Shown here in pieces: positions 1 to 8,860 of a stretch of 48,588 bases of DNA. Positions within the stretch are counted from its first letter, which is position 1. Each line of letters opens with the position of its first letter. Where the stretch lies: positions 1-48,588 of the forward strand of contig CAZSWP010000031.1 of the NCBI GenBank assembly GCA_964610875.1, given 5' to 3'. The position numbers were made by a program, and so were the translations under genes. The notes beneath the pieces are model-generated. The model searched no databases, had not been told where the DNA came from, and saw nothing but the letters and a program-made list of their open reading frames with translations. The DNA comes from an uncultured archaeon. Lineage in GTDB: Archaea; Asgardarchaeota; Thorarchaeia; Thorarchaeales; Thorarchaeaceae.

Positions 1-562
1 ATGTGTCTAGGGAGATCTCTTTTACTCTATTCATTATGTCAAATTCATCACATAACCCAAAATCCCGATAGACTATTTTTGGATTACATTTTCTGACTTC
101 GTTTATTGAAGCATCAATCAATTTCTCAGAAGTTTCTGAATGGAACATATATTCTCTAACTGCTTGGACATAGCTTTCAAAATCATTTTCCAAGAGGTCA
201 AAAATAATTGGCAAACAACGGAGTCTGGCTCCAGTTCCTATTAGAATGATTCCTGCCAGATCTTCAGAATAGGATATCGCATACTTCTGTGTTAAAGCGC
301 CTCCCATTGAATGACCCCCCAGAAATGGGTTATCAAAAACATCCACTACTTCTTTTATGTCCTCCAAATATGAATTAAAAACATCTTTTGGTTTTCTATC
401 TGGAGTTAGTCCATGTCCATTCAAATCAAGGGCTACTACATGCAGTTTGGAAGACAAGTGTTTAAGCTGCATAAACCAAGTCGCCGTTGAACCACCAGCG
501 CCATGAACAAAGATAACTGTTGGATTCTTATTATCACCTGCTTCAATGAAGTGCACTGTCAT
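1..562 (-). CDS. Alpha/beta hydrolase fold protein (3' end runs off window)
   Basis: Not in the ORF track; translated manually from ATG at 562: MTVHFIEAGDNKNPTVIFVHGAGGSTATW...VALDLNGHG...GGHSMGG. Shows the HG oxyanion motif, DLxGHG and the GHSMGG nucleophile elbow. Confidence 0.85.
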   Translation of the reverse strand, partial: MTVHFIEAGDNKNPTVIFVHGAGGSTATWFMQLKHLSSKLHVVALDLNGHGLTPDRKPKDVFNSYLEDIKEVVDVFDNPFLGGHSMGGALTQKYAISYSEDLAGIILIGTGARLRCLPIIFDLLENDFESYVQAVREYMFHSETSEKLIDASINEVRKCNPKIVYRDFGLCDEFDIMNRVKEISLDT

Positions 563-743
563 AGCATAGGAAAACTATGAATTCCCTTTCAGTCTTACTA
601 ATTCTCTATATCATCAAATAAAATATACAGAAATGAAGAGGTTTTTTAGGTTGTATGAAGATGTTTAATGAAGGTCGAGAGTCTTGAGTTATCAAGACTA
701 CTCAAAATGCGTGGTTTCTCGACCTACCATGCTAATGGAGTAA

Positions 744-1826
744 ATGAGAATGAGCTCAAACAAAACAATAGCCATCATTCTGATTATCGTCATACTTGTT
801 GCAGGGGTGGTAGGCATTGTCCTCTTAGGACCGATGCTATTCCCATCCGGACCACGAGTAGCTATCGTGTTTGCAACAGGCGGTCTTGGCGATAAATCAT
901 TTAATGATGCTGCTTATGAAGGCGCATTTAGAGCGCGTACTGATTTTGGTTGGAACTTTACATATGCAGAACCGACTCAGATCAGTGAATACGAGGGTTT
1001 CCTCAGAGACTTTGCGGAAGATGGTACGTACGACCTCATCATATCAATAGGATTTGACCAGGCAGAAGCTCTAAATGATACAGCGCAAGATTTCCCGAAT
1101 CAGAAGTTTGCGATTGTTGACATGGTTGTTGACCAACCAAATATTGCTAGTCTTGTGTTTGATGAACATGAAGGTGCCGCACTCGTTGGTGCAATAGCTG
1201 GTCTTACCACTGAATCTGACATGATTGGATTCGTTGGCGGAATGTCAATCCCATTGATTAACAAGTTTGCCGCTGGATATGTCTGGGGTGCCGATCATGT
1301 TAATGATGGAATCAACTACACAATTGCATACACAAATGATTGGGTTGACACTACTGCAGGACAGAACCTTGCTGATGCTATGTACACATCTGGTACTGAT
1401 GTAATCTTCGCAGCTGCAGGTCGGTCTGGTCTTGGTGTCTTCACTAGTGCAAAGAACAACAATGGTTCTTCTGGATTTCCAAATCCATTGTGGGTCATTG
1501 GTGTTGACAGTCCACAGATGTACCTTGGTTGTGAGGACACAAATAATCCAGAACCACCAACTGTTGGTCTGACATCAATGCTCAAGAGAGTTGACGTTGC
1601 AGTCTACAATACCATCGAGTCTGTGGTTCAAGGAACCTTCCAAGCTGGAATTCAGGTATTCAACTTAGCAAACAATGGATTGGGTTATGAAGTAAATGAA
1701 GAGTTACTTACTCTACCTGCTTCAGTTATTTCTACTGTTGAGGACTTGAAAGACGGTATCATTGATGGTACCTACACTGTACCAAGCAACCTGACTCAAT
1801 TACAGGATGCTATCGGTCTTCTGTAA
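744..1826 (+). CDS. BMP-family ABC transporter substrate-binding protein (nucleoside/purine), N-terminally membrane-anchored
   Basis: GGLGDKSFNDAAYEG, DVIFAAAGRSGLGV, VIGVDSPQ and TSMLKRVDVAVY motifs; N-terminal hydrophobic helix. The start may be the second ATG (750). Confidence 0.93.
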   Translation: MRMSSNKTIAIILIIVILVAGVVGIVLLGPMLFPSGPRVAIVFATGGLGDKSFNDAAYEGAFRARTDFGWNFTYAEPTQISEYEGFLRDFAEDGTYDLIISIGFDQAEALNDTAQDFPNQKFAIVDMVVDQPNIASLVFDEHEGAALVGAIAGLTTESDMIGFVGGMSIPLINKFAAGYVWGADHVNDGINYTIAYTNDWVDTTAGQNLADAMYTSGTDVIFAAAGRSGLGVFTSAKNNNGSSGFPNPLWVIGVDSPQMYLGCEDTNNPEPPTVGLTSMLKRVDVAVYNTIESVVQGTFQAGIQVFNLANNGLGYEVNEELLTLPASVISTVEDLKDGIIDGTYTVPSNLTQLQDAIGLL

Positions 1827-1840
1827 GTGTCATATAATTT

Positions 1841-1878
1841 AGAGAGAGGCTCTGCCTCTCTTCTCTGTTTTTTTTTTA
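1841..1878 (+). terminator. Hairpin plus poly-T terminator/attenuator after the BMP gene
   Basis: GAGAGGC-TCT-GCCTCTC stem followed by TTCTCTGTTTTTTTTTT. Confidence 0.65.
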
Positions 1879-1971
1879 GTTCGTACCGTATTGTTAAATA
1901 CCACAATGCATTCTTTTCGAGGTAAGCTAAGATGGGACTGCAATCACAAATAGAATGAGAAGGAGGTACAC

Positions 1972-3615
1972 ATCATCTACGCAGTAGAACTCGAGAATAT
2001 CTCCAAGACATTTCCTGGAGGCGTTGAAGCAAACAAAGACATCACGCTTCGAATAAAGGAAGGTGAAGTACATGGTCTTCTTGGAGAAAATGGAGCCGGT
2101 AAGAGTACGATTATGAACATCCTTTATGGATTGCTTTCTAAGGATAGTGGGACAATTAAAATTAGAGGAGATGAGGTGAATCTTCGTTCTCCGCAGGATG
2201 CGATTGCTCGAAGTATTGGCATGGTGCATCAACACTTCAAATTGATTCCACCTCTAACGGTTACTGAAAATATAATTCTTGGACTTGAACCGATAAGAAT
2301 GGGTGCTGATGCAAAATTAGAAGTTGATGAAATCGATGATGTTTCAATTCTTGGAAGGTTAAAGCATGTAGTATCCTCTATTCTTGGAGCATTTAGACAA
2401 CTGATGCCTACTGATATTCATGGCGCTGCTAAACGAATCAAACAGATTGCTGAAGAGAATGGGTTGAATATTGACCCTTATGCAAAAATTGAGGAAATCT
2501 CAGTAGGTTTACAGCAGCGTGTTGAAATCATTAAAACCCTCTATAGAGCGGCCGAGATTCTTATTCTAGATGAACCTACTTCAGTCTTGACTCCTCAGGA
2601 AGTAGATGAACTATTCGTCACCTTAGATAAGTTCAGAGAAGCGGGACGTACAATCATCCTCATCACACACAAACTTCGTGAAACCATGGCACTCTGTGAT
2701 AGAATAAGTGTACTGAGAGATGGAGAACTGGTAGGTACAGTAAACAAATCTGATACATCAGCTCAAGAACTTGCAGAGATGATGGTGGGACGTCCTGTTG
2801 TCTTCACCACGAAAAAGGAACCATCAATACCTGGTGAGGTCATCCTTGATGTCAAGAATCTACAAGTAGAAGATAATCGTGATCTCTTAAAGGTTAAAGG
2901 TATTGATTTGCAGGTACGAGCTGGAGAGATTCTTGGTATTGCCGGTGTTGAAGGAAACGGTCAAACAGAGTTAGTTGAAGCTCTAGCTGGCCTCAGAAAG
3001 CCAAAGACTGGAAAAATCATTGTGGATGGCCATGATATAACTGGTAAGAGTGCTAGAGAAGTAAGAGCTGCAGGTGTTAGTCATATTCCTGAAGATCGAC
3101 ATGCCAGAGGTTTAATTCTTGGGTTTACAGTTAAAGAAAATCTTACTTTAGGCAGACATCACATTGAACCCTTTGCTACAGGTCCTGTCCATTCATTTTT
3201 GAATTTTGATACGATGAAGAAGCACTCTGACAAGTTGGTTGATGAATACTCAATCAAAGTTTCAGACATTGATAGTGCAGCAAGCACACTCTCAGGAGGA
3301 AATCAGCAAAAAGTGATTGTAGCTCGAGAGCTTGCGACATCACCAAAGTTAATTCTAGCAGCTCAACCAACAAGAGGTCTAGACGTGGGAGCCACGGAAT
3401 ACATTCATCGAGTTCTGATTAATATGCGTGATGAAAATGTTGCCGTATTGCTTATTTCAGCTGAATTAGATGAAATACGTAATCTTTCCGATCGTATTTC
3501 TGTTATTTATGATGGTAGGATTGTGGCTACTAAGGATCCGGAACAAACAAACAATCAAGAACTGGGATTACTGATGGCTGGACACGAAGACGAAACAATA
3601 GAGGAGGTAGTGTAA
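1972..3615 (+). CDS. Nucleoside/sugar ABC transporter ATP-binding protein (two ABC domains, NupA/YufO-like)
   Basis: The frame extends upstream of the track's ATG (2113) through AVELENISKTFPGGVEANKDITLRIKEGEVHGLLGENGAGKST (Walker A). Also ILDEPT, LSGGNQQK and PTRGLDVGA. The start is probably ATC at 1972 or 1975 after AGGAGGT; in-frame TAG at 1951. Confidence 0.92.
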   Translation: MIYAVELENISKTFPGGVEANKDITLRIKEGEVHGLLGENGAGKSTIMNILYGLLSKDSGTIKIRGDEVNLRSPQDAIARSIGMVHQHFKLIPPLTVTENIILGLEPIRMGADAKLEVDEIDDVSILGRLKHVVSSILGAFRQLMPTDIHGAAKRIKQIAEENGLNIDPYAKIEEISVGLQQRVEIIKTLYRAAEILILDEPTSVLTPQEVDELFVTLDKFREAGRTIILITHKLRETMALCDRISVLRDGELVGTVNKSDTSAQELAEMMVGRPVVFTTKKEPSIPGEVILDVKNLQVEDNRDLLKVKGIDLQVRAGEILGIAGVEGNGQTELVEALAGLRKPKTGKIIVDGHDITGKSAREVRAAGVSHIPEDRHARGLILGFTVKENLTLGRHHIEPFATGPVHSFLNFDTMKKHSDKLVDEYSIKVSDIDSAASTLSGGNQQKVIVARELATSPKLILAAQPTRGLDVGATEYIHRVLINMRDENVAVLLISAELDEIRNLSDRISVIYDGRIVATKDPEQTNNQELGLLMAGHEDETIEEVV

Positions 3616-3616
3616 T

Positions 3617-5137
3617 TTGGCTATATCCGAAGAAGTGACCAGTGAAAATATATCTGAAACAGAAACAGGATCTATTGGACTAATTTCCGCTATTATAGAT
3701 GGCATCATAAAAAAGCTGAGCAGTGCAGAATTTCAAAAGACTGTTGTTGTAACAATGGGTTCTATTATATTGGCGATTTTGATAGGCACATTGGTCATGA
3801 TAATGGCCGGTTATAATGCAGGATTGGCTTGGATTGCTTTGATACAGGGTGCAGTCATTAGGTTTGACCGAGTACTTTTTTATGCAACTCCTCTGATATT
3901 CACAGGACTATCAGTAGCATTAGCATTCAGATGTGGACTATTTAATATCGGTCCTGAAGGTCAATTATTCATTGGAGCAATGGCTGCAGCTGTTGTTGGT
4001 TTCTCTGTATCGTTACCATTTGTAGTTCATCCAATCGCAGCCCTAGGTTTTGCAGCGCTTCTCGGAGGTCTCTGGGGATTTGTACCAGGTCTGTTGAAAG
4101 CATATCGTGGTGCTCATGAAGTAGTTACTACTATGATGTTAAGCTATACAGCAATTATACTCACACACTGGCTTGTTGAGGGTCCACTTCTCGAACCCGG
4201 AAATGAATATGTTTTAGAAACTCCAGATATTTTCCTATCTGCAGAGCTGCCAAAACTCTATGGTTCGTTTTTAAGTTGGGCATTCATAATTGCTGTTATT
4301 GCTGTTGTCGTGATTGATTTCCTGATCAACAGGACTGTTCTTGGCTATGAATTGCGTGCAGTAGGTATGAATAAGGAAGCTGCTGAAACTGCTGGAATTA
4401 ACTCTAAGAGAAATATTGCCTTGTCTCTTGGAATTGCCGGTGCACTTGCTGGAATGGGTGGTGCCGGTGAGATTCTAGGCTATCACCATAGGTTTGTTGA
4501 TGGATTCTCATCGGGGCTAGGATGGGATGGAATCACAGTTGCTGTACTTGGAGCAAATAATCCTTGGGGTGTGCTTGCTGGAGCAATTTTCTTCGGAGCT
4601 CTACGAGCAGGAGGTAATCAGATGCAGACATTAACCAATGTTCCTCTAGAAATGATCAGTGTAATTCAAGGTCTTATCGTTGTTTTAGTTGCAGCACCTA
4701 GAATTATTGATTGGTTGATTGACAAAGGATATGAAGAAGTTAGATGGGTAAAGGAGGTTCCGAAGGAAGGAACTCCACACTTCTTAACACTGGGAGTAAC
4801 ACTGGTGACTTCTGTGATTGGTTTTTCTTCAATTACTCCCTATATTAACAGAGGCGATTCCAACATCTTTTGGCTTTATGCAGGAGGATTGGTGGCAATT
4901 GGGGGGGTTCTGGGAATTACCGCTTTTGTATTAATGCTGACTAGAAGTGAAACTGGATTAGCTTTGGCCTTGGTGACAGCTACTTTCTGGTTTGGACTTG
5001 CGTTCATTGGTGTGCTTCTACCTAATAATGGTATCATACTCTATGGAGTTCTGCTTGGAGCAATTCAAGCTGTATTCGCACTCGTTTCAATATTGATTGC
5101 TAGAAGTATCTTGGAAATTAACGGAGGGATGAACTAA
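3617..5137 (+). CDS. Nucleoside ABC transporter permease (NupB-like) with extra C-terminal TM segment
   Basis: GLFNIGPEGQ, AHEVVTTMML, GYELRAVG.N..AA..AGI and GWDGITVAVLG motifs; TTG start. Confidence 0.9.
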   Translation: MAISEEVTSENISETETGSIGLISAIIDGIIKKLSSAEFQKTVVVTMGSIILAILIGTLVMIMAGYNAGLAWIALIQGAVIRFDRVLFYATPLIFTGLSVALAFRCGLFNIGPEGQLFIGAMAAAVVGFSVSLPFVVHPIAALGFAALLGGLWGFVPGLLKAYRGAHEVVTTMMLSYTAIILTHWLVEGPLLEPGNEYVLETPDIFLSAELPKLYGSFLSWAFIIAVIAVVVIDFLINRTVLGYELRAVGMNKEAAETAGINSKRNIALSLGIAGALAGMGGAGEILGYHHRFVDGFSSGLGWDGITVAVLGANNPWGVLAGAIFFGALRAGGNQMQTLTNVPLEMISVIQGLIVVLVAAPRIIDWLIDKGYEEVRWVKEVPKEGTPHFLTLGVTLVTSVIGFSSITPYINRGDSNIFWLYAGGLVAIGGVLGITAFVLMLTRSETGLALALVTATFWFGLAFIGVLLPNNGIILYGVLLGAIQAVFALVSILIARSILEINGGMN

Positions 5138-6088
5138 ATGCAGATAGAACCAGCTCTTATCGCAGGGTATCTTTTAAAGACCACATTACAAATGGGAACG
5201 CCTATCATCCTTGCAGCCTTAGGAGGTATGTTTTCTGAACGCTCAGGCATTGTGAATATTGGTTTGGAAGGGATGATGCTAACTGGCGCTTTTACTGCAG
5301 TGGTTGTAACTGCTTTTACTGGCAACCCTTGGTTAGGTCTACTCATTGGTGCAGGAGCGGGAGGATTGTTAGCAGTCATCCATGCTATTGTTTGTGTAAA
5401 ATTCAAAGGAAATCATATCGTAAGTGGAACCGGTTTGATTTTGCTTGGATTTGGTATTAGTACTCTAGGGTTGTGGATTGTTTGGAATATACGAGGAAGG
5501 TCAGATGAAGTAACACGTCTGCCAAATGTAGAAATTGCAGGACTTGAAACGGTTCCAGTTTTTGGTACTACATTTAGTTCTCTCTCGCCAGTAGTCTATT
5601 TGATGTTCATCATAACAGCTTTATGCTGGTACATAATGTATAGGACTCCATTTGGTCTGAGATTAAGAGCCGCAGGAGAAGACCCGAGCACTCTGGACAC
5701 TGCAGGTGTGAATGTCGAAACCTACCGTATTATTGGTGTAATATTGAGCGGTGTTCTAGCAGGGCTTGGAGGTGCATATCTTTCGGTTGGGTATGAAAGT
5801 GCATTTGCAAAGAACATGACTGCTGGAAGGGGATTCATTGGCTTAGCTGCGTTGATATTTGGCAACTGGACTCCAATAGGATGCCTTCTCGCTGGATTAT
5901 TCTTTGGATTCCTAAGCGGACTCGAATATGGTTTACAAATCAGTCTGGGTCAGGAAACAGTGAGGGCTTACCTTTCATTTATACAGATGTTGCCTTTTAT
6001 TCTAGTAGTCGTTGCTCTTGCAGGAATTCGTAGGTCAGTGCCACCAAAGGCTATTGGACAACCATACGAAAAAGAGAAACGAGTGTGA
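5138..6088 (+). CDS. Nucleoside ABC transporter permease (NupC-like)
   Basis: SERSGIVNIGLEGMML, TPFGLRLRAAGEDP and AGRGFIGLAALIFGNW motifs. Confidence 0.92.
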   Translation: MQIEPALIAGYLLKTTLQMGTPIILAALGGMFSERSGIVNIGLEGMMLTGAFTAVVVTAFTGNPWLGLLIGAGAGGLLAVIHAIVCVKFKGNHIVSGTGLILLGFGISTLGLWIVWNIRGRSDEVTRLPNVEIAGLETVPVFGTTFSSLSPVVYLMFIITALCWYIMYRTPFGLRLRAAGEDPSTLDTAGVNVETYRIIGVILSGVLAGLGGAYLSVGYESAFAKNMTAGRGFIGLAALIFGNWTPIGCLLAGLFFGFLSGLEYGLQISLGQETVRAYLSFIQMLPFILVVVALAGIRRSVPPKAIGQPYEKEKRV

Positions 6089-6159
6089 TACCATACAAAT
6101 GCTATGAACACTTCCTTCGAGCTATCTTTAAAACAGATACATCTCGGAGAGTGATTACC

Positions 6160-6654
6160 TTGAAGCAAATACACAATCGAACATCGTTCTTCATGAGCCT
6201 CATAGGTGGTTTTCTAATGATAGGCTCCGGTGCAAGCGGAACACTTGGTTACTTGGATCAGCTTCGCGAAGCATGGGAATTAGCTTTAGGTGAAGGAATA
6301 TCATTTACCTTTGAAATCATAATGGGTATTCTTGCAGCATTAACACTGATTGGGGGATTAGGAGTCATAATCGGAGGGTTGATTCTAACAACGAGATATG
6401 TTGAAGCAGGACGAATAGTTATCCTTGTCAGTGTAGGTACTGGTGTACTGAGTCTTGTTATGAGTCTGGTTCAATTGCTACTTGCAGGAACATTGGCTAT
6501 GGGTCTGGCAATTCAATTAGCACAATCATTGGGGTGGTTAGGCGCAATCCTCTCAGTTCAAGCAAGAATAATTGCTGAGCAACAACCCATAATGCCTAAA
6601 GAAACCAGAACCATAACGCCGATTCTTACTTCAGATATCGAAAATAGAGACTGA
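6160..6654 (+). CDS. Hypothetical 4-TM membrane protein
   Basis: Four hydrophobic Gly-rich helices. The likely start is TTG at about 6160 after GGAGAGTGA (the track starts at 6085). Confidence 0.65.
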   Translation: MKQIHNRTSFFMSLIGGFLMIGSGASGTLGYLDQLREAWELALGEGISFTFEIIMGILAALTLIGGLGVIIGGLILTTRYVEAGRIVILVSVGTGVLSLVMSLVQLLLAGTLAMGLAIQLAQSLGWLGAILSVQARIIAEQQPIMPKETRTITPILTSDIENRD

Positions 6655-7026
6655 TGTTTCAAGATTCTTAGCAGCTTGTACACACTCTCTCAAAATCCCC
6701 CATTTGTCCTGGTCCATTGGTGCAAAAGCCATTACATACCATACACCCTTTCCAGTTCCCATTATTAGACTTGTTGCACCATCTGGATTGACAGCCACTA
6801 ATCCATTCTGTTCATTAAGTGCTATCATGAATGGTACATGTTTCACAGTGAACGTTTGGAATTTTCCATTCCAGGCATCAAGGACGACTCTAATGTCACC
6901 TTCCGATATCTGCACATTCTCACTACTGTAGCCGATTTTTCCTTCGTATGTGAATGCACATGCCCCAGAAATTCCATCATAGTTTGACATGGCGATTTCA
7001 ACGGTTCGTTTGACTCGAACAGACAT
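6631..7026 (-). CDS. Profilin-like protein (Asgard actin regulator)
   Basis: 131 aa. N-terminal helix, then a GACAFTYEGKIGYSS beta-hairpin (compare the profilin 'aai.g.dG.vwa.s' pattern), helix, FTV..V.FM strands, a 'G..sli....k.vw.vmaf' segment and a C-terminal helix. This is profilin topology, recognised by pattern only. Confidence 0.6.
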   Translation of the reverse strand: MSVRVKRTVEIAMSNYDGISGACAFTYEGKIGYSSENVQISEGDIRVVLDAWNGKFQTFTVKHVPFMIALNEQNGLVAVNPDGATSLIMGTGKGVWYVMAFAPMDQDKWGILRECVQAAKNLETSVSIFDI

Positions 7027-7106
7027 TTTTCAATCAGAGATATTCTGGTTTCTAACATAGAAATAAGTATCCCGTCTGAAGCGTGATGAACCTGTGCTCT
7101 TTTCTC

Positions 7107-7700
7107 CTAACTCGCTATCTTCATCGCTCTGGCCATCAGCAACATTCGACCGTAGAGTTCTTCGTTGCCTACCCATGAGATGAACCTACCTTTATCCACA
7201 CTCATTCCATGCCTGAGTGCAATCTCCTCAATGTTAGCAGCATCAATTCTGGATGATATAAGCCTGTAGACAAACCATTCTCCAGAACCATATTCCTTGA
7301 TTCTGCATTTGATATATACTTCTTTTCCATTCTCAAGAAGAATCCGGAATCGCTTTCCGATTGTCTGCTTGATCTCTACATCAGAACCGAAGATTCCCCT
7401 AATAACTCCAAGAGTGTAATAGACTGCTGGTGCAGGTAGGAATGCCCATGACCAGAATGCATACATGAACACCATGATAGCAAGGGCTAGAATGAATCCT
7501 ATGGTATTGAAGGAATACATCACTTCAAAACCTTGAGCCCAACCCGGTGGAACCCAATCAGGAGGCACAGTTACAATTCCATATATATTCTGACTGTAGA
7601 AGATATAGAAGGTGAAAGTGAAGATAATTAGTAGCGTCGCTAATGCAATGCGTTGTCTCTCTTTGAAGAGACCCTTTGCATGTAATAGGAGATTATCCAT
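7107..7700 (-). CDS. Hypothetical membrane protein (2 TM plus soluble C-terminal domain)
   Basis: Two hydrophobic segments; GGAGGAG RBS; follows the upstream gene by 2 nt. Confidence 0.7.
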   Translation of the reverse strand: MDNLLLHAKGLFKERQRIALATLLIIFTFTFYIFYSQNIYGIVTVPPDWVPPGWAQGFEVMYSFNTIGFILALAIMVFMYAFWSWAFLPAPAVYYTLGVIRGIFGSDVEIKQTIGKRFRILLENGKEVYIKCRIKEYGSGEWFVYRLISSRIDAANIEEIALRHGMSVDKGRFISWVGNEELYGRMLLMARAMKIAS

Positions 7701-7702
7701 CG

Positions 7703-8053
7703 CTACTCCTCCAAGTTCTTTTCGTATATTTCTCTGGTTTCTGCACCATATGTTCTACACATCTCAACCAAGACCGACAACAACGGATGCTCGTTGTTGA
7801 TCCTGATAGCATAGAGCTTCGGTGTAAGCTCATCAATCAAGATCATCTTGTTCTCTTGGAGATGTGAGAGAACGCCTCTATAGAGGCTTCTTGACTTACC
7901 GCTGTAGCCAATCATTCGACTAAGCTGGACACCACTAACACTCCGAGGATAGATATGGGCTAGAGCCATCACTATCGACCGTCTTGTATCGTTGAGAGTC
8001 GACAGAAGTTGGACCAACTCATATGTTGAACGTAGTGTGTCCTCAGTATCCAT
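7703..8053 (-). CDS. Winged helix-turn-helix protein (ArsR/MarR-like transcription regulator)
   Basis: LLSTLNDTRRSIVMAL...SGVQLSRMIG...LSHLQENKMI pattern typical of wHTH. Confidence 0.6.
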   Translation of the reverse strand: MDTEDTLRSTYELVQLLSTLNDTRRSIVMALAHIYPRSVSGVQLSRMIGYSGKSRSLYRGVLSHLQENKMILIDELTPKLYAIRINNEHPLLSVLVEMCRTYGAETREIYEKNLEE

Positions 8054-8077
8054 AGTGCATCAACTGACTATCAAGGT

Positions 8078-8166
8078 TTATGTGCCTTATAATACACATC
8101 ATTTGCTGACATCAAAAGCATGCGAAGGTTCTGATATTCACCCCATTATGTCAGTATAAGACATAA
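8078..8166. promoter_or_regulatory. Divergent promoter region with inverted repeats (candidate operator)
   Basis: TTATGTC-AGTATAA-GACATAA (8146-8166) is a perfect 7-bp inverted repeat. A related ATGTG-CCTTATAATA-CACAT lies at 8080-8099. Both bracket TATAA. Confidence 0.4.
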
Positions 8167-8288
8167 ATCCAATTATATTTCTCTTTTCCCGTATACGCTA
8201 ATTTTTGATTAATCCTTTAAACACCATAGAGTTAATAGAATTCACGTTCTTTACAAATTTAACTACTATAATTAAGGAGGTCTTTATC

Positions 8289-8855
8289 ATAGCGTTTGGA
8301 AGCAAATACTTCGGTTGGCTCGCCGCAGTTTTGATTGTACTGATCGGTGGATGGTTCTTACTGCCAGCCGGGTATGAAACACTAATAATGTGGCTCTCAC
8401 CACAACTTGGAAATTATGTACGACCAACGATGGTGATGGTCAATGCCCTGCTTGTAAATCCATTGAACAATCTCATAATGGTTGCAATTTGGGGCGTTGC
8501 AGGATTTGTCGGAGGCATGCTAGCCGGTACAAAGAAAGGCGCTTTTGTTGTAGGGCTTTTCACTTGGCTTACAATGATTATCATTACAATCTTTTGTGTG
8601 TATCAGTTATTCATGACTGGTGTTGAACTATCAACATTACCACCAATTCCTGCAAATGCGTCTCTTGCCGATATTCTAGGTATCCCCCTCGTGCAATCTC
8701 TGCTTGGTGAGTTACTCCCAATGATTGCAGGAATGAGTGGTGGTAGTCCTGATATCGTTGCACTACTAACACCACTGCTGATATGGTTCATTATACCTGT
8801 CATCATTGTTATTGTAACCGCCATCATTGGCGCTACAGTGAGGAAAAAGGAGTGA
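8289..8855 (+). CDS. Hypothetical multi-pass membrane protein
   Basis: Several TM helices. AAGGAGGT (8274-8281) precedes in-frame ATC/ATA (8286/8289), giving M-A-F-G-S-K-Y. The track's upstream TTG has no RBS. Confidence 0.7.
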   Translation: MAFGSKYFGWLAAVLIVLIGGWFLLPAGYETLIMWLSPQLGNYVRPTMVMVNALLVNPLNNLIMVAIWGVAGFVGGMLAGTKKGAFVVGLFTWLTMIIITIFCVYQLFMTGVELSTLPPIPANASLADILGIPLVQSLLGELLPMIAGMSGGSPDIVALLTPLLIWFIIPVIIVIVTAIIGATVRKKE

Positions 8856-8860
8856 TACTG

